Below are positions 46,748-56,640 of a stretch of DNA of 64,000 nt, in pieces. Where the stretch lies: assembly GCA_963774665.1 (NCBI GenBank), contig CAVZGB010000021.1, positions 255,467 to 319,466 on the forward strand, given 5' to 3'. The first letter of the stretch is position 1. Each line of letters begins with the position of its first letter. The DNA is from an uncultured delta proteobacterium. Lineage in GTDB: Bacteria; Desulfobacterota; Binatia; Binatales; Binataceae. The notes beneath the pieces were generated by a model that was given only the letters and a program-made list of their open reading frames with translations, was not told the DNA's origin and did not search any database. Made by a program: the position numbers and the translations under genes.

Positions 46748-48973
46748 TCAGTCGACATGTAACCGCGCTGCCAGGCGCGAGAAGCGCCGACGCTCGTCCT
46801 GATTCCGCACCGCCTGCTGCAATGCGCTCTTCGTCCCGACCAGCACGCATACCCGTTCGGCGCGCGTGATTGCGGTGTAGAGCAGGTTGCGACGGAGCAT
46901 CAGGTAGTGACTCGAATGTATCGGCATCACGATCGCCGGATACTGGCTGCCCTGGCTCTTGTGCACTGAGATCGCGTAGGCAAGCGCGAGTTCGTCGAGC
47001 TCGGACAGGTCGTACTCGGCGTGAGTCTCCTCGAACATGACGCTCAGGCGCGCCTTATCAGTATCGATTCCAAGAATCCTTCCGATCGAGCCGTTGTAGA
47101 CGCCTTTGTCGTAGTTGTTGCGCAACTGGATTACGCGATCGCCCTCACGAAAAGTTCGATCGCCGGAGCGGATTTCGCGTCCCACGGGATTCAGCAATGC
47201 TTGCAGCTCGCGATTCAGAAGGTGCGTGCCGAGCGGGCCGCGATTCATCGGGGTCAGCACCTGGATTTCGCGAGGGTCGCTGATTCCGAAGCGTCCAATC
47301 AGCCGCTGTTGCACGAGCTGCTTGATCGTCGCGAGCACATCCTCGGCGGCGTTGCGCTCGAAGAAAAAGAAGTCGCCTTCGGCGTCGTTGGAGAGTTGCG
47401 GGAACTCTCCCCGATTCAGTCGATGCGCGTTGGCGACGATCAGGCTGCGGCGCGCCTGCCGATAGACTTCCTTCAACTGCACCACGGGCACGAAGTCGGA
47501 AGCGATCACGTCCTTGAGCACGCTGCCCGGACCGACGGAAGGAAGCTGATCGCGATCGCCGACGAGCAACAGCGAGCAGTTCGGCATCAGGGCGGAGAGC
47601 AGGCTCGAGGCGAGCTCGACGTCCATCATCGAGGCCTCGTCGATGATCAGATAGTTGGTGCGCAGCGGAAAATTCTTGCCGCGGATGAATCCGCCGCTCT
47701 GCGGATCGTATTCGAGCAGACGATGGATAGTTTTCGCGTCGCGGCCCGAGGCCTCCTGGAGCCGGCGAGCGGCGCGTCCGGTCGGTGCGGCCAGTGTCGG
47801 CTTCAATCCGACGTCGGCGAGTGCGACCAGCAGCGAGCGCAGCAGAGTCGTCTTGCCGGTGCCGGGACCGCCGGTGATGACGGTGACGCGGCTCGCCAGC
47901 GCGCATCGAAGCGCGCTCTTTTGTTCGGCTGAGAGCTCGAGCTCCGACGATTTGATCGCAGCCGCGACCGCGCGATCGATGAGGTCCTTGTTCATCGCGC
48001 GGCCTGCGTTCAATTCCGCGATTCGCGTGGCGACGTTCACTTCGGCCTCGTGCAGGCGCGCGAGGTAAATCGCGATGTGATCGTCTGCCTCTTCGGCAAT
48101 CACCTCGCCGCTGGCGGCGAGTTCGTTCACTGCGTCGTGCGCGAGGTCGGGTTCCATCTCGAGCGCGGTGCGGAACTGGCCTTCGAGATATTCGAACGGC
48201 GAATAGACGTGGCCCTCGTCGGACATGCGTTCGAGGATGTACAGCACGGCGGCGCGCGCGCGTTGGATCGAGTTGCGCGGGATGCCGAGTTTCTCCGCGA
48301 TGGCGTCGGCGGTGCGAAATCCGATGCCGTGAATCGTGCGCGCGAGCACGTAAGGATCGCGCTTGACTACGTCGAGCGCGTCCTTGCCGTAGAACTTGTG
48401 GATTCGTCGAGCGTGCGAGGCGGCCAGCCCGTGTCCGCGCAAAAAGACGGTGAGCTCGCGCAAGCCTGACGCGTCGCGCCATGCTGTGGCGATCAGTCGC
48501 GCAACCGCGCCGCCGATGCCCGGAACTTCGCGCATGCGTTCGGGCGCGTTGTCGAGCACTTCGCCGAGCGTGTCGCCGAAGTGTTCCGCGATTCGCCGCG
48601 CGAGCCTGGGGCCGATGCCTTTTATTTCGGAAGCGAGGTAGCGTTCTATCGCGACGGCTCCTGCAGGGCGCAGCGTTTCGAAATCGACGACGTGGAACTG
48701 CTCGCCGAAGCGCGGATGCTTTTCAAAGCCGCCCAGCGCCCGGATGGTCGAGCCGACTTCGAGACCCGCGAGATTGCCGACGACGGTGACGCGGCGAAAA
48801 TCGCCATGCTCCTGCGGGATGACGACGACGGCGACCGAGTAGCCGTTCTTGTCGTTGACGAACAGGACCTGATCGAGGATGCCCTCGACAGTCTCGGTCG
48901 CTTGAACCGCTTGTGCCACGGCAACAGGATTACGCGCGACGGAGGCGGCGTCCAGTTGATGCGTCGCGCGCAT
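46748..48973 (-). CDS. recD2: RecD2-type ATP-dependent DNA helicase (RecD/TraA family)
   Basis: Helicase motifs …VITGGPGTGKTT…, LLLVGDRDQLPSVGPG and …VHKSQGSQY…. The start is taken at MRATHQ (M47 of the track ORF); it overlaps the stop of the upstream kinase-family gene as TGATG. Confidence 0.85.
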   Translation of the reverse strand: MRATHQLDAASVARNPVAVAQAVQATETVEGILDQVLFVNDKNGYSVAVVVIPQEHGDFRRVTVVGNLAGLEVGSTIRALGGFEKHPRFGEQFHVVDFETLRPAGAVAIERYLASEIKGIGPRLARRIAEHFGDTLGEVLDNAPERMREVPGIGGAVARLIATAWRDASGLRELTVFLRGHGLAASHARRIHKFYGKDALDVVKRDPYVLARTIHGIGFRTADAIAEKLGIPRNSIQRARAAVLYILERMSDEGHVYSPFEYLEGQFRTALEMEPDLAHDAVNELAASGEVIAEEADDHIAIYLARLHEAEVNVATRIAELNAGRAMNKDLIDRAVAAAIKSSELELSAEQKSALRCALASRVTVITGGPGTGKTTLLRSLLVALADVGLKPTLAAPTGRAARRLQEASGRDAKTIHRLLEYDPQSGGFIRGKNFPLRTNYLIIDEASMMDVELASSLLSALMPNCSLLLVGDRDQLPSVGPGSVLKDVIASDFVPVVQLKEVYRQARRSLIVANAHRLNRGEFPQLSNDAEGDFFFFERNAAEDVLATIKQLVQQRLIGRFGISDPREIQVLTPMNRGPLGTHLLNRELQALLNPVGREIRSGDRTFREGDRVIQLRNNYDKGVYNGSIGRILGIDTDKARLSVMFEETHAEYDLSELDELALAYAISVHKSQGSQYPAIVMPIHSSHYLMLRRNLLYTAITRAERVCVLVGTKSALQQAVRNQDERRRFSRLAARLHVD

Positions 48974-49874
48974 CAACAGGTGCGCTTGCGATCGGCGAGG
49001 ACTTCGTCGATCTGGCGCCGGGCCATCGCGACGATCACGGGGTTGGTGTCCAGGTAGTAAGGGAGAGCGATCAGGCCGGTCGAGAGCGCCCAGCCGCGGC
49101 TTCTCGCCCAACTGGCGTCATCGATAGACAGCGCCACGCGGAATGCGTCACGGCTCTCGCCGGAGAAGAGCGTCCACGCAGCTACGAAGTCGCACGCGGG
49201 ATCGCCTACGGCCAAGCCGCCGAAGTCGATGACGGCGCTTAGATGGCCGTGGTCGACCAGCAGGTTGCCAGCATGGAGGTCTCCATGGATCCAGACGGGC
49301 GGACCGTCCCACGCAGGTGCTTGGGAAGCCTCGTCCCAGGCCGCGGTGACAGCGTCAGTATCCAGCTCGTTGTGCAACTTCGCGATCGCGGCCCTCGTGT
49401 CTGCGTCTCGTATTGCCAGCGGGACGCCGCGGCCAAAGTTGTGTGCCCCGGGACGCGGGCCGCCGGTGATATCGATCCGCTGCATCGCGGCTACGAATTG
49501 CGCCAGGGCGATCGCAGCCTGGCGAAGATCTGCGAAGCGCTCGACGATCGCGTTCTCGCCCGGGGAGCCATCGACAAACCGACCAATGCCAGGGGTAACC
49601 GTCGGCGGGCATCCCTTTCGCGAGCGGGACCGGGATGGCGAGTGGCAGATGCGGGGCCAGTCGAGGCAGCCACTGAAGCTCCTTGTCGACCTGAGTGGTC
49701 GCCCACTCGATGCGCGGCAGTCGGACGCACATGTCGTCGCCGAGGCGATAGATTGCGTTGTCGGTCCCGCCGGAGCGAACGCGCTCGAGGGGAAGATTTG
49801 CCCATTGCGGATAACTGCTCGGCGAGCAACCGGCGCACGAGGGATGCGTCGATGTCGATCTCGGTAGCATGCAT
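48973..49874 (-). pseudogene. Aminoglycoside/choline-kinase-type phosphotransferase (APH family), spread over three frames as assembled
   Basis: MHATEIDIDASLVRRLLAEQ, then YPQWANLPLERVRSGGTDNAIYRL…WLPG, then …IHGDLHAGNLLVDHGHLSAVIDFG…. The shifts are near 49815 and 49555. Confidence 0.55.
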
Positions 49875-50236
49875 TTTAACAGCGCACATGAGCGGCTTTC
49901 TGGACGAGATTCAGGGGCGATCGGGGCGATTTGTGGTGGAGACGATGCCGAATTGCGATCGGTCGTTTCGAGGGAGACTTGCAATTCATACCACCTGTTG
50001 TGGTTCAGTGATGTGAGTACCACCATCGGTAGCTTTGTTCCGTCAAATTTGGTGTTTTCGAAACGAATGTTGCCCGAGGCGTCGAGTGGAGGGTGCTGAC
50101 GGTTGATCACACCGTATGTCGTAGCATGATGTGCGCGCAGCAGGCAGGCTGAACAGTTCATCCATGAACGCGGAGAGAAAAAAGAGCCGGGAATCTTCGA
50201 CGCTCTGAAGACACGACGCGCGCTGCCCCAGCGGAG

Positions 50237-50278
50237 CCCTCACCTTTGCCCCGTCTCACGGGAGAGGGGAAGAAATCC
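50237..50278 (+). repeat. Family 2-related hairpin (…GCCCCGTCTC ACGG GAGAGGGGAAGAAATCC), partial
   Basis: 17 of 18 positions match the GGAGAGGGGAAGAGATCC segment at 60721-60738. Lies just 3' of the MATE gene on the minus strand. Confidence 0.55.
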
Positions 50279-50333
50279 AAACGAGGCTATGCGGGGTCAT
50301 CCTTGCAGGGAAAGGAAAGAAAGCTGAGCCGGG

Positions 50334-51731
50334 TCAGACTTCGATTGTTTCCCAGTGGGCGGATTGGAAGCGCCAGACTTTTACCGTTGAGCGGACGATG
50401 TAGTCGGCGATCAGCGACCACCAGATGTAGTTGATGCTGCCGCCGTGGTACCAAATCAGAATTGTCAGGAAGAGGCGCATGCCGTAGAAGCCGGCGAGCG
50501 AGCCGTAGAGCGGGAATTGTGAGTCGCCGGCGCCGCGCAGTGCGCCGGTGATGGTCCAGTCGATTGCCATCAGGGGTTGTGCGGCGGCGAGTGCGTACAT
50601 GAACTGCACCGTGTATGCGATGACGGTTTTGTCGTCGATGAAGAGCGCTGCGATCCAGTGGGCGAAGGCAATAAACAGCAGGCCCATGGCTGTCATCAGC
50701 ACTATCGACATCCGGGTCGCTTCCCATCCGGCTTTGCGCGAGAACTTCGGGTCGCCCGCGCCGAGGCCCTGGCCGACGAGGGTAGCGGAGGCGGCGGAGA
50801 ATCCGAAGCCGGGCAGGAATGACAGCGCGAGGATTCGCACGCCGATAAAATAGGCGGCGATTTCCTTGGGGCCGTAGCGCGCGACGAATCCGACGTAGGC
50901 GACGAAGCCGAACTGGATCAGCAACTGTTCGATAGCGGCGGGATTGCCGACGCTTAGAATTCGCCGGCCGAGGCTGAGGTCGGGCCATAGACCACGCCAT
51001 CGGAAGTTCAGCACCATCCCGGGGATCGACAACGCATAGAAAAATAAAATTCCGCCGAATGCGATCGCGAGCAAGGTCGCGACCGCCGAGCCGTCGACGC
51101 CGAGTGCGGGAAATCCGAACTTGCCGAAGATGAGCACGTAGTTGAGCAAAATTGCGAGCACGTCGATGATACCGCCAATCCACAGCGGCGTGCGCGTGTC
51201 GCCGGCGCCACGCAATGCCGACGCGCACATCAGGAAGATTCCCTGGAACGGCTCCGACAGCATCACGACCTGGAGGTAGCGCGCGCCCATGTCGGCCATT
51301 TGGCCATGCACCTGGAACAGGCCCATCAGCGGACGTGCGAAAATGATTACCGGGATCGCGATGATGGTCGAAACCAGCACTCCGAAGACAACCGACTGCT
51401 TCAGCACCTCCTCGGCGCTGTCGCGATCGTTCGCACCTATGTAACGCGCGACCAGCGCGACCGTGCCGGTGCCGACCGCGGCGATTCCTGCGCGCACCGC
51501 GCCGAGGATCTGCGTCGCCAGCCCGACCGCGCCGACGGCATCCGCGCCGAGGCGTCCCACCATCAGCATCGAGGAGAGACCGAGAATCGAATCGAGGCCG
51601 AACGACAGGATCACCGGCCAGGCGAGCGCCCACACTTCGAAGCGGATCCGCTCGATCGGTGGCAGGGTCATCGCGACCCCGCCTCCGCCCTGCGCACCGA
51701 CCTCGGGGACCGCTTCCAGAAACTCGGACAT
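50334..51731 (-). CDS. MATE-family multidrug/toxin efflux transporter
   Basis: 465 aa with 12 transmembrane helices in a duplicated 6+6 MATE pattern. Confidence 0.85.
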   Translation of the reverse strand: MSEFLEAVPEVGAQGGGGVAMTLPPIERIRFEVWALAWPVILSFGLDSILGLSSMLMVGRLGADAVGAVGLATQILGAVRAGIAAVGTGTVALVARYIGANDRDSAEEVLKQSVVFGVLVSTIIAIPVIIFARPLMGLFQVHGQMADMGARYLQVVMLSEPFQGIFLMCASALRGAGDTRTPLWIGGIIDVLAILLNYVLIFGKFGFPALGVDGSAVATLLAIAFGGILFFYALSIPGMVLNFRWRGLWPDLSLGRRILSVGNPAAIEQLLIQFGFVAYVGFVARYGPKEIAAYFIGVRILALSFLPGFGFSAASATLVGQGLGAGDPKFSRKAGWEATRMSIVLMTAMGLLFIAFAHWIAALFIDDKTVIAYTVQFMYALAAAQPLMAIDWTITGALRGAGDSQFPLYGSLAGFYGMRLFLTILIWYHGGSINYIWWSLIADYIVRSTVKVWRFQSAHWETIEV

Positions 51732-51777
51732 GATTCTGATCAGTTACGCCAGCACGAGGCGAGATAGTCAATGGACT

Positions 51778-53286
51778 ATGCTCGAACGTGCGGCAGGCAG
51801 AAGATTGCGCGCGCGAAATCCGCTATATCTCGCGCGGTGGGCCGACAGCACAATCCCGATGGGCGGTAGAGCGTCGCGGCGGCCGCTCGAAATCTTCGCA
51901 GCGATATTTGTCGCCGCAGGTTTTATCTATTCGTTTCATCTTGGCACGGACGCGCTCGGCGCGAGCGAGGCCTACAGCGCGTGGGCGGCGGCGAAGCCGG
52001 GGCTCGGGGCGATCGTTCGCACACCGGTGCTGCATGATCCCGGCAAGCAGGTTTTTTATTACGTCATCCTGCACTACTACACGCGGATATTTGGGCTGAG
52101 CGAACTTTCGCTGCGATCGCTGTCGGTGATCTTTTCACTAACGACGCTGGTGCTGGTGTTCGCGATCGGCTGCGAAATGTTCGACGACAACACTGCGCTC
52201 GCGGCGGCTGCGATGTGGGCGTTCAATCCGCTCGCGGTTGTGTTCGCGCATTCGGCGCGAATGTATTCGATGCTGATTGCTTTAGCGCTCGCACAACTGC
52301 TGACGCTTTGGCGGGTGCGCAAGCGTCCGAGCATGAGCGGCGCAGTGGCATGCGGTATGGCGGGCGCCGCGCTCCTCTACACACACCTCGGCGGCATCCT
52401 GTTTATCGGAGTGGGCGTTGCGATGCTCGTGCGCGATTACCTTCACGGGCGGAAAAATCAGATGGCATGGATCGCGATCGCTATAACCCTGGTGCTGTTT
52501 GTTCCGTACGTGCCGGTTGCGCGTGCGCAGAGCGAAACGCTGATCGCGGGCCATTGGCTCGACTGGATCGGAACGGGATATGAGTATCCACTGGCTATCA
52601 AAGTAGTATTGGCACTCGCGGCGGGCGCGGTGGCGCTGTGGTTTGTGGCTGCAAAGACCCGAGACTCGGGCGACGGCCAGCTCATTTGGCTTGGCGCATG
52701 GACGATCCTGCCGGGACTCATGCTGGCGGCGGGGTCGATCGTGATCCGGCCGATGTTCAACCTGCGCTACGTAGCGCCGTCAACAGCGACGCTCGCATTG
52801 TTGACCGCGGCAGGATTGGCGTGGGTCAGCGTGAAATGGCGCAACCTGCTGGTGGCGGGCTTCGCGCTGGCATGCTTGATCGTGCTGCCGTTCGACCGAT
52901 CCGACCCGCAACCGTGGCGAGCTTTCGCCCGGCAAGTATCGCAAGGCGGTTCATCCGATCCCGTATTCTTTGAATCCGGATTTGTCTCGACCGGCAATGC
53001 GTCGAGCATTCCGAACGGCGGATTTCCATTCGGCTATTACTCAGTTCCTTTCGATTACTACTTCCGGGGCAACAATCCGCGAATAGCTATTCCCGGATTC
53101 GATGCCACGTCGGCGCGAATGACTATTGAGGAACGGGTGTCATCGGCGGGCGGCGGATGGCTCGTCAGTTGGAAGGATGGTGACGCGGTAAGCAGCGAGC
53201 TTCCCGATCCGAAGCGGTTCGATGCGGTCGAGAAGTATCGTGGCGACCATCTCGGGTTTTATCGGATCACTCCGGTTGGGAAGTGA
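51778..53286 (+). CDS. GT-C membrane glycosyltransferase of the PMT_2/GT39 (ArnT-like) type
   Basis: First periplasmic loop …GASEAYSAWAA… resembles the D/E-x-x-Y motif. Polytopic with a C-terminal soluble domain. The start is taken at MLERAAG; upstream codons of the track ORF overlap the MATE gene. Confidence 0.6.
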   Translation: MLERAAGRRLRARNPLYLARWADSTIPMGGRASRRPLEIFAAIFVAAGFIYSFHLGTDALGASEAYSAWAAAKPGLGAIVRTPVLHDPGKQVFYYVILHYYTRIFGLSELSLRSLSVIFSLTTLVLVFAIGCEMFDDNTALAAAAMWAFNPLAVVFAHSARMYSMLIALALAQLLTLWRVRKRPSMSGAVACGMAGAALLYTHLGGILFIGVGVAMLVRDYLHGRKNQMAWIAIAITLVLFVPYVPVARAQSETLIAGHWLDWIGTGYEYPLAIKVVLALAAGAVALWFVAAKTRDSGDGQLIWLGAWTILPGLMLAAGSIVIRPMFNLRYVAPSTATLALLTAAGLAWVSVKWRNLLVAGFALACLIVLPFDRSDPQPWRAFARQVSQGGSSDPVFFESGFVSTGNASSIPNGGFPFGYYSVPFDYYFRGNNPRIAIPGFDATSARMTIEERVSSAGGGWLVSWKDGDAVSSELPDPKRFDAVEKYRGDHLGFYRITPVGK

Positions 53287-53430
53287 TCGCGGATAGACTC
53301 AAAACACGACGCTGCAAATTGTTGCTGTAGCCCAGAACCCTCACCGCTGGCCGCGTTGCGGCCAGCTGCCTCTCCCAACGGGCGAGGTAAGAGTATGCGA
53401 ACCCAACATTCTGAGTCGGGCGAGGGAAGA

Positions 53431-55509
53431 CTAAGCGGCTTGGGAGGTTTGCGGGATCGACATTGAGCCGGCGCCGACGCGGATCGGGAGAATCACCAGG
53501 CTGTAGCCGTAGAGCTGCAGCCAGTTCTGGAGTTCGAGCGAGGTGTGATTGTGAAGGAAGCGGCCGATGAACCCTTCTATCTCGTCGGAGAAGATGAGCT
53601 TGCCGGCGAAGAACACGACGTGCGGGAATTCGTGCGCGACTTCCAGGCATAGCCGGCGCAGCTCGACGACGACGTCGGGCGCGAGGCCGGCGCGCAATTC
53701 GGGATGATACCCAAGGTCAGCGGCGAACTGGCAGTACTCATTCAAGTCGTCGGTCATCCGCTGCTCGAGCTCGTGCACTTCTTCGGGACCTTTGAGCAAC
53801 GCCGCATCGACTTCGCCGACTCCGATGAAGACCATGTTGCGGAACTCGCCCGGGAACAGTTGATGGACCTGCAACAGGGTAGCGAGCCCCAGACCATTGA
53901 AGCCGCTGATCAGGATCGCGGCCGTTGGGGCATTGGGATCGCGCTTGGCGGGCTCACGCTTTTTGACCGCGTACAGCTTCGGCAGAATATCGGCTTCGAG
54001 CTGCTCGATTGCCTTCGAAACCCGTTCGTAATGGCGGCGCACGGTGTAGCACAGCGCGATCAACCCGCCGGTGATTATTACGGTCACCCATCCGCCCTGG
54101 AAGAATTTGAGCGTCAGTGTGATGAAGAGAATGGTCGCCGTGAAGAATGTCCCGACGCCGTTGATGAGCAGCTTGCGAAGCCAGTGCTTGTCGGTCTTGC
54201 GCACACTCCACCAGTGCGTCGTCATGCCGAGCTGCGAAAGCGTGAACGTCACGAAGACGTTGATCGCATAGAGGACGACCAGCAGATCGACTTTCGCCTC
54301 GGTGCCAATGAGCAGCAGCGTGGCGGCGAGTCCGATCGTGATGACGCCGTCCTGCGTCACCAGGCGCGCGCTGAGGTTTGCGAAGCGTCGCGGGAGCCAT
54401 CGGTCGGACGCCATCGTTGCGAGCACGCGAGGTCCGTCGACGAAACCGGTCTGCGCGGCAACGAATAGCAGCGCGCCTTCGGTCAGCAGCGCGAAGGTGA
54501 TAATTGCGGGCCCTACGTGCAAGCCGAATATCTGCCAGTTGGAAGCGAGCCGATCGAACATGACGGCGTTGAGCGTCTTGCCGGCCTCAGCCTCGACGTT
54601 GAGCAGCAGGTAGCCGAGTAAGATTCCGCCCGCGAGGAAAGCGAGCGAAATCGCCATGTACATCATCGTGCGCTTGCCGGTCTCGGCGCGCGGCTCGCGC
54701 AAAATCGGCAGACCGTTGCTTACGGCCTCGATTCCGGTGTAGGTGCCGCCGCCGAGGCTGTAGGCGCGGAAGAAAATCACCGCGAGCGCGAACATCCCCA
54801 TGCTATTGGCGCTGGCGTGGACCTCGCGCACGGCGTGGCCGACGATTGACGGAAGCTCGGGCGCGCGGCTGAAGATCGCGTAGCCTACCAACCACGCATG
54901 CATGACGATGAAGGCGATGAAAATCGGCAGAAGCGACAGCACCGATTCCTTCACCCCACGCAGATTCATCAGGACCATCAAGACGACGACCAGAAGGCAC
55001 AACCAGAACTTGAACGGAAGCCACGATACGGGCAGAAAGCTGAAGATCGCGTCGGCGCCGCTCGCGATTGAAATCGCGATGGTCAGCACGTAGTCGACGA
55101 CCAGCGCCGATCCGGACACCAGGCCGAAATATTTGCCGAGCAATTTGGTCGCGACCAGGTAACCGCCGCCGCCGGTCGGGAAAAGATCGATGGTTTGCGA
55201 GTATGACGCCGAGATGATGAAGACGGTCAGCGCCATCAGCATCGCGAGGAACACCGCCAGGTATTGATGGTGTCCGAGCGCGAGGAAGGCCTCTTCGGGG
55301 CCGTAACAGGATGAGCTCAGGCCGTCGGAGCCCAGGCCGACCCATGCCAGAAACGCGACCAGCGAAAGGCTATGGAATATCTCGGGGTCGCGGACGTCGC
55401 GCGGCGGTCCTATCAGGACGTCGCTCAGCGTGCGCTTGCCAGAGCGCTCGCCGGTCGAGGCGGTAGTCTTCGAGCCGTTGGTTTTCGAGCCGGTTGTCGA
55501 TGATGACAT
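53431..55509 (-). CDS. APC-superfamily permease with a roughly 230-aa C-terminal cytoplasmic domain (KimA-like architecture?)
   Basis: 692 aa: 12 transmembrane segments, then a soluble domain. The APC family call is confident. The potassium-transporter (KimA-like) suggestion is speculative. Confidence 0.7.
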   Translation of the reverse strand: MSSSTTGSKTNGSKTTASTGERSGKRTLSDVLIGPPRDVRDPEIFHSLSLVAFLAWVGLGSDGLSSSCYGPEEAFLALGHHQYLAVFLAMLMALTVFIISASYSQTIDLFPTGGGGYLVATKLLGKYFGLVSGSALVVDYVLTIAISIASGADAIFSFLPVSWLPFKFWLCLLVVVLMVLMNLRGVKESVLSLLPIFIAFIVMHAWLVGYAIFSRAPELPSIVGHAVREVHASANSMGMFALAVIFFRAYSLGGGTYTGIEAVSNGLPILREPRAETGKRTMMYMAISLAFLAGGILLGYLLLNVEAEAGKTLNAVMFDRLASNWQIFGLHVGPAIITFALLTEGALLFVAAQTGFVDGPRVLATMASDRWLPRRFANLSARLVTQDGVITIGLAATLLLIGTEAKVDLLVVLYAINVFVTFTLSQLGMTTHWWSVRKTDKHWLRKLLINGVGTFFTATILFITLTLKFFQGGWVTVIITGGLIALCYTVRRHYERVSKAIEQLEADILPKLYAVKKREPAKRDPNAPTAAILISGFNGLGLATLLQVHQLFPGEFRNMVFIGVGEVDAALLKGPEEVHELEQRMTDDLNEYCQFAADLGYHPELRAGLAPDVVVELRRLCLEVAHEFPHVVFFAGKLIFSDEIEGFIGRFLHNHTSLELQNWLQLYGYSLVILPIRVGAGSMSIPQTSQAA

Positions 55510-55607
55510 TCGATTTGTGCGGGCGGTCCCCTAATGCAATTTGCAAATGTACGGGAAACTCGAACCTTGCGCAAAGCAATGCGCCGCGGGTCCGTCCAGC
55601 GCCGTCC

Positions 55608-56510
55608 TCAGACCGAGTACGCGGCGCGCGGTAATCCGAGCTGATAGCGCGTCGCGTCGATCAGGTTTTGCATGAGTGCTGCCACGGTCATCGGACCGGT
55701 CCCGCCGGGATTGAGCGTGATCCAACCAGCGACTTCTTTGACAGCTTCGAAGTCGACATCGCCAACGAACTTGCCGGGACCGACGCGGCGAAAGCCCACG
55801 TCAATCACGCAGGCGCCCGGCTTCACCATATCGGCCGTGATCAGGTAGGGCTGGCCGGTATGCGCGCCGACGCATGGAATGAGAATGTCGGCCTCGCGGC
55901 AAATTGCGGCGAGGTCGCGGGTGTGGCGATGGCACCACGTAATTGTCGCGTTACGCAGCCGCCCGCCGAGAATCAGCGCGGTCGGCTTGCCCGCGATATC
56001 GCTGCGTCCGATGATCGTGGCGCGCGCGCCGTCAACCGGCACCTGGTAGTAGTCGAGCAAGGTCAGCACGCCGCGCGGAGTGCACGGAATAAAGCGTCCC
56101 CATTCACCGCGATAGAAGCCGCCGACGCTGGCCGAACTGACGGCGTCGAGATCCTTTTCGGGCGCGATCGCGTCGAACAGGCGGAACCGGTCGACCGAAT
56201 CGGGAATGGGCAGTTGGAGCAGGATCGCGTTGACGTCCTTGTCGGCGTTGAGCTCGGCGATAACCTTCAGCAACGAATCGGTGGTCGCCTCGTCTGCCGT
56301 CATCCGCACCGTGCGGCTCTCGCATCCGAGTTCCGCCGCGACGCGCTGCTTATTCTTCACGTATTGCCGCGACGCCGGATCGTCGCCGACCAGGATTGCT
56401 GCCAGCGACGGGGTGCATCCGAACTCGCTCTTGAGCTGGTCAACGTGAGCGCGCAACTCCGGCATCAGATGCGCGCTGAGCGCCCGGCCATCCATGATAA
56501 TCGCAGCCAT
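55608..56510 (-). CDS. folD: Bifunctional methylenetetrahydrofolate dehydrogenase/methenyl-THF cyclohydrolase
   Basis: 300 aa. …ILVGDDPASRQYVKNK…TPRGVLTLLD…GRSDIAGKP…. Confidence 0.9.
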   Translation of the reverse strand: MAAIIMDGRALSAHLMPELRAHVDQLKSEFGCTPSLAAILVGDDPASRQYVKNKQRVAAELGCESRTVRMTADEATTDSLLKVIAELNADKDVNAILLQLPIPDSVDRFRLFDAIAPEKDLDAVSSASVGGFYRGEWGRFIPCTPRGVLTLLDYYQVPVDGARATIIGRSDIAGKPTALILGGRLRNATITWCHRHTRDLAAICREADILIPCVGAHTGQPYLITADMVKPGACVIDVGFRRVGPGKFVGDVDFEAVKEVAGWITLNPGGTGPMTVAALMQNLIDATRYQLGLPRAAYSV

Positions 56511-56640
56511 CGGATATCAGTCGGATTATAGCACCGGGTCGCGGCGAGCAAGGCGCTGTGGACAGAAGGTCGGCGCTGTTGGCAGATCACGAGCGCCCGT
56601 CTCGTTCCTCCGAAACCGGTCTGTTAGAATTTTTTCGTTG

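Noticed and set aside
56511-56640. Possible glycine riboswitch in the gcvT leader
   Set aside because: None of the conserved aptamer blocks (GGAGAG, GCCGAAGGRGCAA, CUCAGG, AAGGAC) are present. Only loose CACCG…GCAA resemblance.
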